Notes under the pieces: model-generated
What the model was told of the DNA's origin: nothing
What the model saw: the letters and a program-made list of their open reading frames with translations, nothing else
The model's database searches: none
Program-made: the position numbers and the translations under genes
Source of the DNA: a virus
Lineage: Duplodnaviria > Caudoviricetes
DNA length: 52,348 nucleotides
IMG/VR virus record: IMGVR_UViG_3300021197_001620
Span: 1 to 52,348 of that record
Direction: 5' to 3' (one strand)
In this document: positions 43,244 to 52,348 of the stretch, piece after piece
Layout: every line of letters starts with the position of its first letter
Position numbering within the stretch: position 1 is the first letter of the stretch

Positions 43244-44424
43244 TTAAATTCCCTCATGTCTCCAAGGTTTTTACCCAAAGAGCAATTCACCTTAAACCTA
43301 CCTAGTTTGGTGTCGCCAAACATGTCCGATAATTGTGGAATCAAGAACCGGTCATCTTTGTGTAAGTCGATGACAACGCTATCATGAACAACGAAAGCAA
43401 CATGGGATCTCGTTGCCCTAAGAAAGTTAGAAATTTTGCAAAATCTATCGAGGGTGTTGTCTGAGGAACTTGATTGGAGTAGATAGTTGAGGGCTTTGCG
43501 AAGGGGAGCATCAATTGACCTCCCGAAAGGGGTTTGAACCGACGTTCCGTCATAATACTCTTCCAAGAGGCTTTCCCTGTTGTAGAAATCGGATTCGATA
43601 GTTTCCGAATCTGGGTTGTAGAGCCAAGCAAATAATTTTGTTTTAGCTTCTTCTCGGCTAAGATCTTTTTTAAATACGTTTTTGATATTCCATTCATGGA
43701 TATCCTCCTGTGGTTGTTTATAATCTTGCAATGCAAGCATTGTTCTAACTTCAGCAGCGTTGAAGTCGAGTTCCAGAAACACATCATTGGTTGGTCTCAC
43801 ATGTTTCTTAAGTTCCTTCTTGAGATTCAAGATTGGAAATGAGTTTTTCTTTGTCGTCATCCGTCCAGTGACCGTTCCGAAGATGTCATAGTCAACATAA
43901 GGAGTTCGATCACCGAACTGGTCATATAAGTGCTTTGCCTTGTTGTCCTCTGCTGCAATGCAGTAGACTGCAAAAGAGTTGAGGTTCACTGGATGGCGTC
44001 TCAACTCTTTCACGGCTGCCTGTGTTCTCTTTAATAAGTTATAGTGTTGAGGTTTCTCGACATTATCAAACACCCATCTTGTGATCTCATTCTTGGTGTC
44101 GAAGTAATGTTGTAAATGCTTCTGTGGGATTAAATCATAAAAGCAAACATCCGAGATGTCAATAGATGAAGTGTCAATCGCCTTGTAGTGGCTCTTCAAG
44201 AGCTTGTTGGCTTCATCCCAACGTGATGCCAAGTGTTCAGGGCAAACGGCGCTGAGTGGCTTACCAGACACCAGCAAATGAGCATAATCAATGTCCATTC
44301 CGTAGAGATGATCTGAATAACCCCAAGTCTTGGTGAGTCCTTGTGGGATTCGGTCCCACACAAAACTTCCGTCGATGTAAGTTCCTGCACAGTCAAATTT
44401 ATTGTCTAAAAGTTGAAATAACAT
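43237..44424 (-). CDS. compact family A DNA polymerase
   Basis: T.TGR, LDF..AE.R (motif A), R..AK...F..LY (motif B), N..LQ, VHDS (motif C); only 395 aa. Confidence 0.85.
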   Translation of the reverse strand: MLFQLLDNKFDCAGTYIDGSFVWDRIPQGLTKTWGYSDHLYGMDIDYAHLLVSGKPLSAVCPEHLASRWDEANKLLKSHYKAIDTSSIDISDVCFYDLIPQKHLQHYFDTKNEITRWVFDNVEKPQHYNLLKRTQAAVKELRRHPVNLNSFAVYCIAAEDNKAKHLYDQFGDRTPYVDYDIFGTVTGRMTTKKNSFPILNLKKELKKHVRPTNDVFLELDFNAAEVRTMLALQDYKQPQEDIHEWNIKNVFKKDLSREEAKTKLFAWLYNPDSETIESDFYNRESLLEEYYDGTSVQTPFGRSIDAPLRKALNYLLQSSSSDNTLDRFCKISNFLRATRSHVAFVVHDSVVIDLHKDDRFLIPQLSDMFGDTKLGRFKVNCSLGKNLGDMREFKW

Positions 44425-44480
44425 TTGCGTTGTCCTCCGTAATATGTTATAATATAGTTGTAGTCGTAGTTGTTAAGTAC

Positions 44481-44509
44481 AAGATAACATAAAGGAGGAC
44501 GCTTGTCAA
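44481..44509 (-). promoter_or_regulatory. sigma70-type promoter (Pol A)
   Basis: TTGACA-N17-TATCTT. Confidence 0.7.
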
Positions 44510-45675
44510 GTATTTTTTATTCTTTTTCCAAAATAAGTCAGAGAGCCATGTTTCTGATTGTAGAACGCCTTAAACTGGTCTTCGATGAAGAGCAAAGCTT
44601 TTTCTCTGTCGTATTTTGCGATGCTTTGAGCAGTCTGAGAAATTTGTTTCCGAGAGGATGGGGATAATGGAGAACCCTCAAAAAAGTTTTTCATATTTAT
44701 ATATATACTTAATACTATATTATAATCTATATTTGATTTATACTTGATATTATTAATAGATGCTATTGTATTGTTATTACATGATTTATAATTTGTGTTG
44801 TATGGATTAAGATTAACATAGTTGTTGTAGGTGTTAATCAATAGTCTTTCTAATAGATGTAAGTCTTTTAAAACAGTCTTGTCATATTGTCTATTGAACA
44901 CTGATGACACGCTGATCAATAAGTGACGCTTGCGATATTTAGCAGTGACTGGTGAGTCTAGATCCGAAACAATGACACCCGGATTGTTTTGGTCAACTCT
45001 GAAACCATATTGTTTCGTTATGTTCATGTAGTATTGAAATGCTGGTGAGTTTAGCATTTGTTCTTGTTTCTGTGAATCATCTGAAAAGTCGAGTCCTCCG
45101 ATGTCTAGAGCGAGACCTGATTGGAAAATGTGTGAGTTCTGTGATTTCATAAAGTCTGATAGGATTACAGTCTCGGTTATATCAGAATGGAGGTAGTAGT
45201 CAACAAAGACCCTTGTGAAATCTTCAAAGTTATTTATATGAACCTTGTGTTTCATAATGAACCCATCAAGAATCTTTCTCATTGCAGACTCTGATGTTAT
45301 CTTGAATCCTGTGATTGGATTCTCATAGGCTCTCTTAATCTTTAGTGATGACAGGATTGGATCGTCTGTTGGGATGACTCCCATGCGGCATGCTTTGGCA
45401 AAGTGCGCTTCCATATCCATGAATTGATCGACAACAAAATTCATCGCTCTATGAGAACCTACATCTTGACCAGCAACAGTTATCTCTTTTAGAAATTCTT
45501 CTTTAACTACAACAGGTTCTAGCAATCTATTGACTCGTCCATAGAAAGTTCTCTCGGCAAATCCCATGTCGTAGACGTGAGGGTAGTCTTGCTCGAATGC
45601 TTCAAGTTTATACTTGGCTCTTTCGAATGCTAACCTACTGGTTTTTAAGTTGTTTTTTCCGTTAAAAATAGGCAT
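44506..45675 (-). CDS. hypothetical protein at the end of the baseplate operon
   Basis: 389-aa ORF directly after the hub gene. Confidence 0.8.
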   Translation of the reverse strand: MPIFNGKNNLKTSRLAFERAKYKLEAFEQDYPHVYDMGFAERTFYGRVNRLLEPVVVKEEFLKEITVAGQDVGSHRAMNFVVDQFMDMEAHFAKACRMGVIPTDDPILSSLKIKRAYENPITGFKITSESAMRKILDGFIMKHKVHINNFEDFTRVFVDYYLHSDITETVILSDFMKSQNSHIFQSGLALDIGGLDFSDDSQKQEQMLNSPAFQYYMNITKQYGFRVDQNNPGVIVSDLDSPVTAKYRKRHLLISVSSVFNRQYDKTVLKDLHLLERLLINTYNNYVNLNPYNTNYKSCNNNTIASINNIKYKSNIDYNIVLSIYINMKNFFEGSPLSPSSRKQISQTAQSIAKYDREKALLFIEDQFKAFYNQKHGSLTYFGKRIKNT

Positions 45676-45676
45676 C

Positions 45677-48600
45677 TTATTCGGAGACCTCCTTGTTTAC
45701 TTGAATAAATTTCATTCCACCAAGAATGTCTTTATTCGTAGGGTAGAAAAATAGCTTACCATCCACACCTTCATCCTTAAATTCACCTGGAATAGGCTTT
45801 CCTTTAAAGGAAAAGAATCTGTCCCCTACTGAATAGGCTGCGACTGGCGGCGCTGGTGGGGCCGATGGTGGAGTCGTTGGCTCTGTTGAGACAGGGGCTG
45901 GCGGTCCTACAAACTCTTCTTCTGGTGGTGATTGTTCAACAGAATTTTGCGGAACTTGAGTTACACTTCCTGCCAACGTGCCTTCTTCGAACGCATAGTT
46001 CTGCGCATTTAAGATTTCTTGCTTGCATTTTGCATAGCCGTCATCGGTTTCAGTCGATGTATAGCCATCTAGAGTTTTTCCTTTTTTATCTGCGTTTCTT
46101 TGCTTAACAATGTTCGGATTTCCTGATTCGTCACCCGAGTAGTATTGCTGTGCGGAAATAGATGTTGTAAACTTTCCGGGAGAGATGCTGGACTTCACCG
46201 ATGTGATTGTGTGATAACCACCAATCCCAAGTTTGTTTGCGATAGATCCTGCGACTCTTGGATCAAAATTGTCTCCTCCGATTCCATATGGATTGAAGAA
46301 GAACTCCATTCCTGGATAGAACAATGTGTTTCCAAACATTTCAATGTTTGCGACATAGACAGCTGACAATTGCAGGAGCCCGTCGATTCCATTTTGAAAG
46401 AATCGAGCTTCTCGGATGTATTGTTGATCTGACTTTGATAGTGATAGAGTTTTTACAAGACCGGCGTTTTGTCCAACGTGAACATGGAATCTTCCCTTCT
46501 CAATGTCATCGCTGTAATTTCCGACACCAGAAAAGGAAAGAGTTGATCCAATGGCGCTAAGGACAATGAAGGTGTGATAGTCTTTAAAGTTTGAATTTGC
46601 ATCGTTTTCAGGTCCTCCATCGAATGGAAGAACCCCAGAGGCTCTAAGCTTGCTGACATCTAGAGCGATCATGGGTCGATTTTCGTCTAGAGCTGTCTTG
46701 AGCTTGTATTTTTCCAAGAGAGGGTTTGCACCTCCTTTCTTGTACGCAGACACTTGAGCTGTTTGGAATCTCAATCTCGTCTCAAGTTTTCTGTTTACGC
46801 AGTTTTCAATGAGAGATGGCTTAATTAAATAATTTGAAAGACTTCGAATGAAGTTCATAACAGGAAACGTCTTTCTTGTGCTCTTCTGGCTCACGACGTT
46901 GTCAACAAACCATCGAGAGAAGAAGTCAACAGAGATGGGAATGTCTGCGATATTGTAGACGTTAGTCCCTACTGATTTAGATTGAAACGGCTCGAACTCG
47001 AAAGCTCCGAGCGCTATTGAGTTTCTGTCGAAACCTGTGCCTTCTCGAATTTTGCCTTCATTTTTATAGACACAATCGAGAATGGTGTAAAGAAGGTCTC
47101 CAAAGTAAAAGAACTGGATGGATCTATTCCCAGAGTCGATAAAGTCAAAATCATCTGAACTCTCAGGCAAATCAGAGTTAAGAACAAGCTTTACGTCCGC
47201 ACCGTTGCTTCCGTCACTAATAGGACTTTTCTCGAGTCCACACTCTCTAAAGAACCCTTTCTTTAAAAAGAACTCTTTATCCTTCTTTTTGATCAGTGTT
47301 GTATAAATTACACCTCGAGACCTTAGTCTCTTGATGATTGACGACAATGACTGTCTAACAAGCACGCTCTCTTGAGCTGCTAGAGACACCTGAAGCTCTT
47401 TTATTTGCTCCACGCTACAATCCCTATTGTTTAGTTGTTCTGTGAGTGTGCGAGCATTTTCGATCCTCCTAGCGATCAATTCTGGTGATGCCAACGCATC
47501 AAGCCTAGGATGCTTCAAGAGAGATTCGAGATAAGCACGATAAGATATCTTGATCTCGACCGTTCCATCTTTGCCGAAGCTGATGTCATGGTCAACCATG
47601 TTAAGAAAGAATGATTTGTTCGAGACCCTAATTGCTTTGATTTCATCTGTTGTGAATCCCTCTTCTTTTGTGGGTACAACATAGCCAACTTCTGCTCTGA
47701 TTCTATAGAACTGTGGCTCGTATTGACGGTCGGATTGGATTTCAATTCCACCAACTTTACCTTCCTTGTCTGGCTTTGGTTGAATAACAAGATCGACATA
47801 GCGATATTTATCGTCTTTTTTGTATCCATCTCTGTCTCTTGTAAAGTCTTGGAATGATTGAAAGAATAGTGTCAAGTTTGCTTGAATGTCGTTCCTTGCT
47901 TCTGCTGGATTGGTTCCATTGAATTCAAATGAGAAGTTCTTAAGTCCCACTCCTGTTCCTTTATCGAATACATTGTCATCCATGAAGTTCGTTCGAATAT
48001 TTGAGGTTCTATCGAAAATAAACTCTATCTCTTTTTCTCCATGCTGTGAATCATTGAAGACTTTGAAGAGTCGGATCTTTGGAACAAGTCTTGTCATTTT
48101 GTGAGTTTCAAGTTCGAACAATGCCTGTTCTTGTCCGGACGACACAAGACTAGACAACATTGTTTCTTGGCCTCCGCCGTCTTTGTCTCCGTCGTCTGTT
48201 CGAAGAGTGATGAAGCGTCCATGGTAAGGAGTTTTGTTTTCATATTGCTCAGCAAGTTTTTGTTGATAAGTGTCTCGCAATGTTGGCATGTTAAGCATTA
48301 GAGCACATTGTTTGAAGTACTTTTGACGATTTTCAATGTCTTCTTCTGATGGTGGATCGGGTAGATCTGGACCCTTGCCTTTTTTAAATGCATCTAGTTG
48401 GTCTTGGTATGCTTTTTCGCGAGCTGTTTGGTCTACACTTGTATCTGCTGCTCCATCGCCATCTGTATCGGCAGGAGTTTGAACACCGGCTAGTTTGTCA
48501 AATAATGTCTTTTTTGCCGCTACGATTTTATCTAAAAAAATCAATGGAAATGATAGTGCAAAAGCATCTGATTGGGGTGCTAGAGCTATTTCCCATTGTT

Positions 48601-49720
48601 CGCCGATTGTTGTTGTTATTTGTCCATTGGTATTAAAGTCATTTCCGATTTGCTTTAAAAAACTTAAGTAAGAGCTTTTTACGGCATTTTCTATTACCTC
48701 TTCTGGTGTTGGAATTCTAGCCCAAAATCTCTTATACCAGCGAAACCCAGGTGAATCTGACTTCTTTTGAAAAGCATCTATGCCAATTCTAGAAGTGTGA
48801 GGAAATTGTTCTTTTACGTATTCAAATGGGTAGTCTACAATTTCTGTACCATCCAAGTCTGTGTAATTTTCTAGATCTGTTTTTAATTTCTCATCAACTG
48901 TTCCATCAGCCTTTGCAATAAGCGCAGTTGGATATAGAAAAGCTCCTGGATACCCAAAGCCTTTTCTTTCTTCTTGACTTAGTGCTCCAACAGCAATTTT
49001 TGGCTGATCACCAGAATAAATATTAGAAGTCAAGGTAAAGAAAGAATTCCCATCCTCAGACACTGTTTTAAAGTCTATGTAGGCCTCATATTGCTTCTTA
49101 ACAATGAATCTTGTTAGATCAACCTCTTCGTCAACACTCCGTAATTTTTCGCCAATTGCGTTTGCAATGGCTACTTTAAATTTTGCAAATGTATAGTCTT
49201 TGAGATTTTCCCCTATTAGTTTGGTGGTTAAAGAATCCAAATCACCTTCATCTGCCAACTTTAAGATTTTTTCAGCAACCTCATCCGGCTTAAATTTTAT
49301 TGACCCAAGAACTTTGACTTCGCCGTTGGCAATTCCCCAATATCCTATGAGTCCCAAAAATCTTTTTACAAATATTTCACCAGATTGAGAATTAAAAATG
49401 TTTTTGACATCCGTGACATCTGATGGGAAACGCTGACCGCCCGGAAACTCTTGAAAGAAGTTATTTCCAATCTCGCTTCTCATATATGCTCTCAGGTCTG
49501 ACTCGAAAATCTTCCAATTATCTACAGTTATTTTAATCTCTTGTTCGTAGATTTTTTTAATTAAATTGCCGATAATACTATCGGTCTTATATAAAGACGG
49601 ACCAGAATTGAACCATCCCTTATTCTCTCGAGCCCCGCCCCTTTCTGATTCAAGATAGTTATCGTAGAAATCTTTTAATGCAAACCACTTATTGCTTGCA
49701 GGTGTTAAAAATTCACTCAT
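45677..49720 (-). CDS. large baseplate hub-like protein
   Basis: Position after LysM; C-terminal I.MFGN..F.PG..F...GGY..I..V...I..G.F.T hub signature; Pro-rich tail. Confidence 0.6.
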   Translation of the reverse strand: MSEFLTPASNKWFALKDFYDNYLESERGGARENKGWFNSGPSLYKTDSIIGNLIKKIYEQEIKITVDNWKIFESDLRAYMRSEIGNNFFQEFPGGQRFPSDVTDVKNIFNSQSGEIFVKRFLGLIGYWGIANGEVKVLGSIKFKPDEVAEKILKLADEGDLDSLTTKLIGENLKDYTFAKFKVAIANAIGEKLRSVDEEVDLTRFIVKKQYEAYIDFKTVSEDGNSFFTLTSNIYSGDQPKIAVGALSQEERKGFGYPGAFLYPTALIAKADGTVDEKLKTDLENYTDLDGTEIVDYPFEYVKEQFPHTSRIGIDAFQKKSDSPGFRWYKRFWARIPTPEEVIENAVKSSYLSFLKQIGNDFNTNGQITTTIGEQWEIALAPQSDAFALSFPLIFLDKIVAAKKTLFDKLAGVQTPADTDGDGAADTSVDQTAREKAYQDQLDAFKKGKGPDLPDPPSEEDIENRQKYFKQCALMLNMPTLRDTYQQKLAEQYENKTPYHGRFITLRTDDGDKDGGGQETMLSSLVSSGQEQALFELETHKMTRLVPKIRLFKVFNDSQHGEKEIEFIFDRTSNIRTNFMDDNVFDKGTGVGLKNFSFEFNGTNPAEARNDIQANLTLFFQSFQDFTRDRDGYKKDDKYRYVDLVIQPKPDKEGKVGGIEIQSDRQYEPQFYRIRAEVGYVVPTKEEGFTTDEIKAIRVSNKSFFLNMVDHDISFGKDGTVEIKISYRAYLESLLKHPRLDALASPELIARRIENARTLTEQLNNRDCSVEQIKELQVSLAAQESVLVRQSLSSIIKRLRSRGVIYTTLIKKKDKEFFLKKGFFRECGLEKSPISDGSNGADVKLVLNSDLPESSDDFDFIDSGNRSIQFFYFGDLLYTILDCVYKNEGKIREGTGFDRNSIALGAFEFEPFQSKSVGTNVYNIADIPISVDFFSRWFVDNVVSQKSTRKTFPVMNFIRSLSNYLIKPSLIENCVNRKLETRLRFQTAQVSAYKKGGANPLLEKYKLKTALDENRPMIALDVSKLRASGVLPFDGGPENDANSNFKDYHTFIVLSAIGSTLSFSGVGNYSDDIEKGRFHVHVGQNAGLVKTLSLSKSDQQYIREARFFQNGIDGLLQLSAVYVANIEMFGNTLFYPGMEFFFNPYGIGGDNFDPRVAGSIANKLGIGGYHTITSVKSSISPGKFTTSISAQQYYSGDESGNPNIVKQRNADKKGKTLDGYTSTETDDGYAKCKQEILNAQNYAFEEGTLAGSVTQVPQNSVEQSPPEEEFVGPPAPVSTEPTTPPSAPPAPPVAAYSVGDRFFSFKGKPIPGEFKDEGVDGKLFFYPTNKDILGGMKFIQVNKEVSE

Positions 49721-50049
49721 CCCAACACCTCAAGTGCAATCCCTAAGTTCAATGGTATTTTCACAATGTCTCCTGCGTTGAATAATGCGTCTGTGGGTTT
49801 GTTGTTGAGCTTTGCTATAAGCCACCATAGCTTTGCGTCTCCAAGCTCTCTAGCAGCGATTCTCCAAAGCCTATCGCCACTCTTCCAGACGTAGTCTCTT
49901 GTTCTAACACGAGCCAAATCGTCTTCGGTTAGCTTTTTGAATCTTGGAGTTGTGTACTGTTCAATTTCTTTGACGCCTCGATCTTCGAGTGTCTTCTCCC
50001 ATTGTTCGTTTCGGTTGATTCCTTTCCTTCTTTTGTTGTATCTCGACAT
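49717..50049 (-). CDS. LysM-domain baseplate/tail protein
   Basis: Y....GDRL..IA...LGD..LWW.IA..N......G..V.IP. Confidence 0.85.
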   Translation of the reverse strand: MSRYNKRRKGINRNEQWEKTLEDRGVKEIEQYTTPRFKKLTEDDLARVRTRDYVWKSGDRLWRIAARELGDAKLWWLIAKLNNKPTDALFNAGDIVKIPLNLGIALEVLG

Positions 50050-50660
50050 TATGAACCTCCGTCATATGGGAAATTTGCTTTTGCTTTGTTGGTTGAGTTG
50101 AATGCTAGATCGCCTCTATGTTGTGGTGTGAAGTCGAGAGTTGCATTGTAGACCTTTGGAAGGAATTCTCCGGGCTTTGGAGTAAACATTCCCATTTCAA
50201 GCACGGGATTTGCTGCCCATGAACCAATCCAACCAAGAAGAAAACCATTGCCTTGCCCAAAGTCTCGGATGAGGTTTGCAAACCTGATCTCTACCAGTGG
50301 AGACTTTGAAAGAATTAGTGCGTTTCCGTTCTTGCCTGAATCTTTGGTAACTTCTCCAACATCGTTGTAAGAGGGGTAAAGCATTTGAGTCACTGCATTA
50401 ATTGCTTCGATGTTCGATTTAGCCTCTGCTGCATCATAAGCAATGATGTCAAAGCCAATGTTGATGGTTCGCTTTGTTCCTTGAAAAGTTCCAATTGGAT
50501 CAATGCGACCATAGACCTGTTCCTCGCTCCAATTTGATGAGAATGAGTTTGTAAGCGAAGTTAGGAAAGCTGGGAATTTTATAACACCGCCTTTTGATTG
50601 AGCTGATTTTATTTCCAGATTTGCCTGTTTGTTATTTGTGTATGTTGTTTTAAATCCCAT
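50049..50660 (-). CDS. tail tube initiator / baseplate-tube junction protein
   Basis: F.AF......F...W.....YGR.DP...F..T.R; P.V...F; lies between tape measure and LysM. Confidence 0.65.
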   Translation of the reverse strand: MGFKTTYTNNKQANLEIKSAQSKGGVIKFPAFLTSLTNSFSSNWSEEQVYGRIDPIGTFQGTKRTINIGFDIIAYDAAEAKSNIEAINAVTQMLYPSYNDVGEVTKDSGKNGNALILSKSPLVEIRFANLIRDFGQGNGFLLGWIGSWAANPVLEMGMFTPKPGEFLPKVYNATLDFTPQHRGDLAFNSTNKAKANFPYDGGS

Positions 50661-52348
50661 TATGCTTCTCCACTAGCTACTTTTGCGACATAAGTCTTTA
50701 GTGCTGTTGTATCATCTATCATTAGAGTCATCTCCATGCCTTCAAAGAAGTTTTGCACATTTGCCGTAACACTTGTTTGGCTTGCAACGACTCTCTCGCC
50801 TGTGATGCTTGATGCTTTCCCTGCTGTAATTAGGGCAAGGTTTTCAATTGTAGAGCTTACTTTTACGTCTTGACCCATCTTATTGACTTCTTCAACCATT
50901 GCTTTCACGGACGCCAAAGCACCTTCGTGATTTCCAGTCACTATGCTTGCCATCGCTTCAGCAGCTCTGGCTTCAAACTGAGCGGTCTCTTCGTTGGTTC
51001 CGTTGATAGCAGAAAAAACACTTGCAACTGAAGTTGCTACTTTCTCAAAGACTCCACCAATCGAGTCGACAATGGCTGCTATGCCATAATACATTGCTGC
51101 CATTGCTAAACCCACTAGTGCTATACTTCCTACAATTGCCACTACTCCAAGTGCAACTGCTCCAAGAGCACTGGCAAATGCTGCAACCGGACCAGTAGCG
51201 GCAGTAGCAGCAGTCCCTGTGGCAGTTATTCCGGTTGCAGCCGCGCTGCTCCCTAGGCCGATAGCTGGTAAAATGGTACTTCCGAATAGTGAAAAACCAG
51301 CAAACGCTAGTTTCAAAATCGGCCACATCAACACAAATCCACTAAAAGCAGAGACAACGGCCGCTAAAGCTTCTTTGTCTTCTGTGTCCATTGATTTAAA
51401 GAAATCTGTCATTGCTTTGGCTCCGCTTTCCAACGTTTTCAGAAACGGTTCGAGAGCAACAACGAGTTCTGCGCCAAGTTTCTTGAATTGATCCATAACA
51501 GGGACAGTCTTTGCAACGGCATCGTCGAGTTTCTTTTGAGCGTTCGCTGAAGCGTTTAGTTTTCTTTCATTTTCGTCGTAAGCTTCAAGAGACATTCCGA
51601 AGATTTTATTGGCTTCTGCCATATCTGTGATCCCTACAGAGTTTGCGATTGCCTTCTGAGTGAAACGATCCATGTCTTGGAAAGCGACACCTTGCGATTG
51701 CACAGACTCAACAAGCATTCGAATTCGCTCATCTTCCGTTGCCATCAGCATTTCAGTTGTTGACAATTGAGTTCCAAGAAGAGCATTTAGTTTTCCAGCA
51801 CCTTCTGCAGCACCAGCAAATGTATCGAACTTCGAAGCAATTCCCAATAAAGTTGAAACCTCGACTCCGGAAGCCCTAGCAGCAGCAGCAATTCCTTTGA
51901 ACACGTCAACAGCCTCTCGACCATAAACCATCAATGTTGAGAGAGATGCATTGAAGTCTTTCGTCATCTTTGCTGCACTAATTCCAATTGACGCACCAGA
52001 CATTGCAAGTTCGGTTTGCATGTTCATCGACTCGTCGGCCGTCATTCCGAGAGCTTGATTGAAGTTTTGAAAGATAGAGGCCGAATCTGAAGTTGCAACT
52101 CCAAGCTTCTCCATTTTTGCGACATTCAATGCTAGACTTGCTTGAGTTGCTTTTGACATCGATGTGAAGTTTGATGTCTGGTCGACCAATGTTCCAATGG
52201 CTTTTCCGGCGTCATCCATTGAGACTCCAAACAGGTTTCCTTCGCGACCGACCTCGTAGAGAGTACCTCTGAACTTATCTCCTTGACCTGTTGCGGCAGC
52301 AAGAGATGCTTGAGCTTTGTCGAAGTTTGTGAATAGTTCGATTGAGTT
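50660..52348 (-). CDS. tape measure protein (5'-truncated by the window)
   Basis: Ala/helix-rich with hydrophobic segments; frame stays open from 52219 to the window edge. Confidence 0.8.
   Translation of the reverse strand, partial: NSIELFTNFDKAQASLAAATGQGDKFRGTLYEVGREGNLFGVSMDDAGKAIGTLVDQTSNFTSMSKATQASLALNVAKMEKLGVATSDSASIFQNFNQALGMTADESMNMQTELAMSGASIGISAAKMTKDFNASLSTLMVYGREAVDVFKGIAAAARASGVEVSTLLGIASKFDTFAGAAEGAGKLNALLGTQLSTTEMLMATEDERIRMLVESVQSQGVAFQDMDRFTQKAIANSVGITDMAEANKIFGMSLEAYDENERKLNASANAQKKLDDAVAKTVPVMDQFKKLGAELVVALEPFLKTLESGAKAMTDFFKSMDTEDKEALAAVVSAFSGFVLMWPILKLAFAGFSLFGSTILPAIGLGSSAAATGITATGTAATAATGPVAAFASALGAVALGVVAIVGSIALVGLAMAAMYYGIAAIVDSIGGVFEKVATSVASVFSAINGTNEETAQFEARAAEAMASIVTGNHEGALASVKAMVEEVNKMGQDVKVSSTIENLALITAGKASSITGERVVASQTSVTANVQNFFEGMEMTLMIDDTTALKTYVAKVASGEA

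Noticed and set aside
341-51491. Plus-strand and nested alternative-frame ORFs in the track
   Set aside because: They are shadows of tightly packed minus-strand genes, with no recognisable motifs
1-52348. Stop-codon reassignment
   Set aside because: Genes are full length under the standard code, and TAA, TAG and TGA all end well-defined genes
1-52348. Prophage or bacterial chromosome segment
   Set aside because: No integrase, att site or host operons; groEL, dnaE and recA are interspersed with phage-type genes on a single strand

Overview
A 52-kb segment of a large lytic, myovirus-like dsDNA bacteriophage genome. It is probably aquatic, uses the standard genetic code and has strong GGAGG Shine-Dalgarno use. 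Essentially every real gene is on the minus strand. In transcription order (right to left): a tail/baseplate block (partial tape measure, tube initiator, LysM, hub); a mini family-A polymerase; a tubulin-like protein; a WYL/Sm-like gene followed by a tRNA-like RNA; a replication/nucleotide block (gp32-type SSB, RecA, 5'-3' exonuclease, DnaB, class II RNR with a free-standing HNH, ThyX, DnaE, dUTPase, UvsE); proteostasis genes (GroEL, GroES, two ClpP, J-domain, trypsin-like protease, glutaredoxin); a methyltransferase cassette; an algal/cyanobacterial-type vanadium haloperoxidase; an amidase endolysin; many KOW/SH3-like microproteins; and a repeat-rich non-coding region near 1.1-1.66 kb (candidate origin). 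Two promoter classes are readable directly: about 17 TTGACA-N17-TAnnnT sigma70-type promoters, and a CTAnTTA motif that behaves like a late promoter. Highlights: (i) a shared N-terminal helical tag on unrelated cargo proteins (SAM-lyase-like, PD-(D/E)xK-like, Lys/Cys-rich domains), suggesting a virion packaging/delivery system; (ii) a phage haloperoxidase; (iii) a tRNA mimic with an enlarged anticodon arm next to a WYL/Sm-like gene; (iv) an HNH insertion at the nrdJ 3' end, with a duplicated C-terminus and an RBS-occluding hairpin; (v) a gene-32-like leader pseudoknot. All family assignments come from motif recognition by eye, not from database searches.
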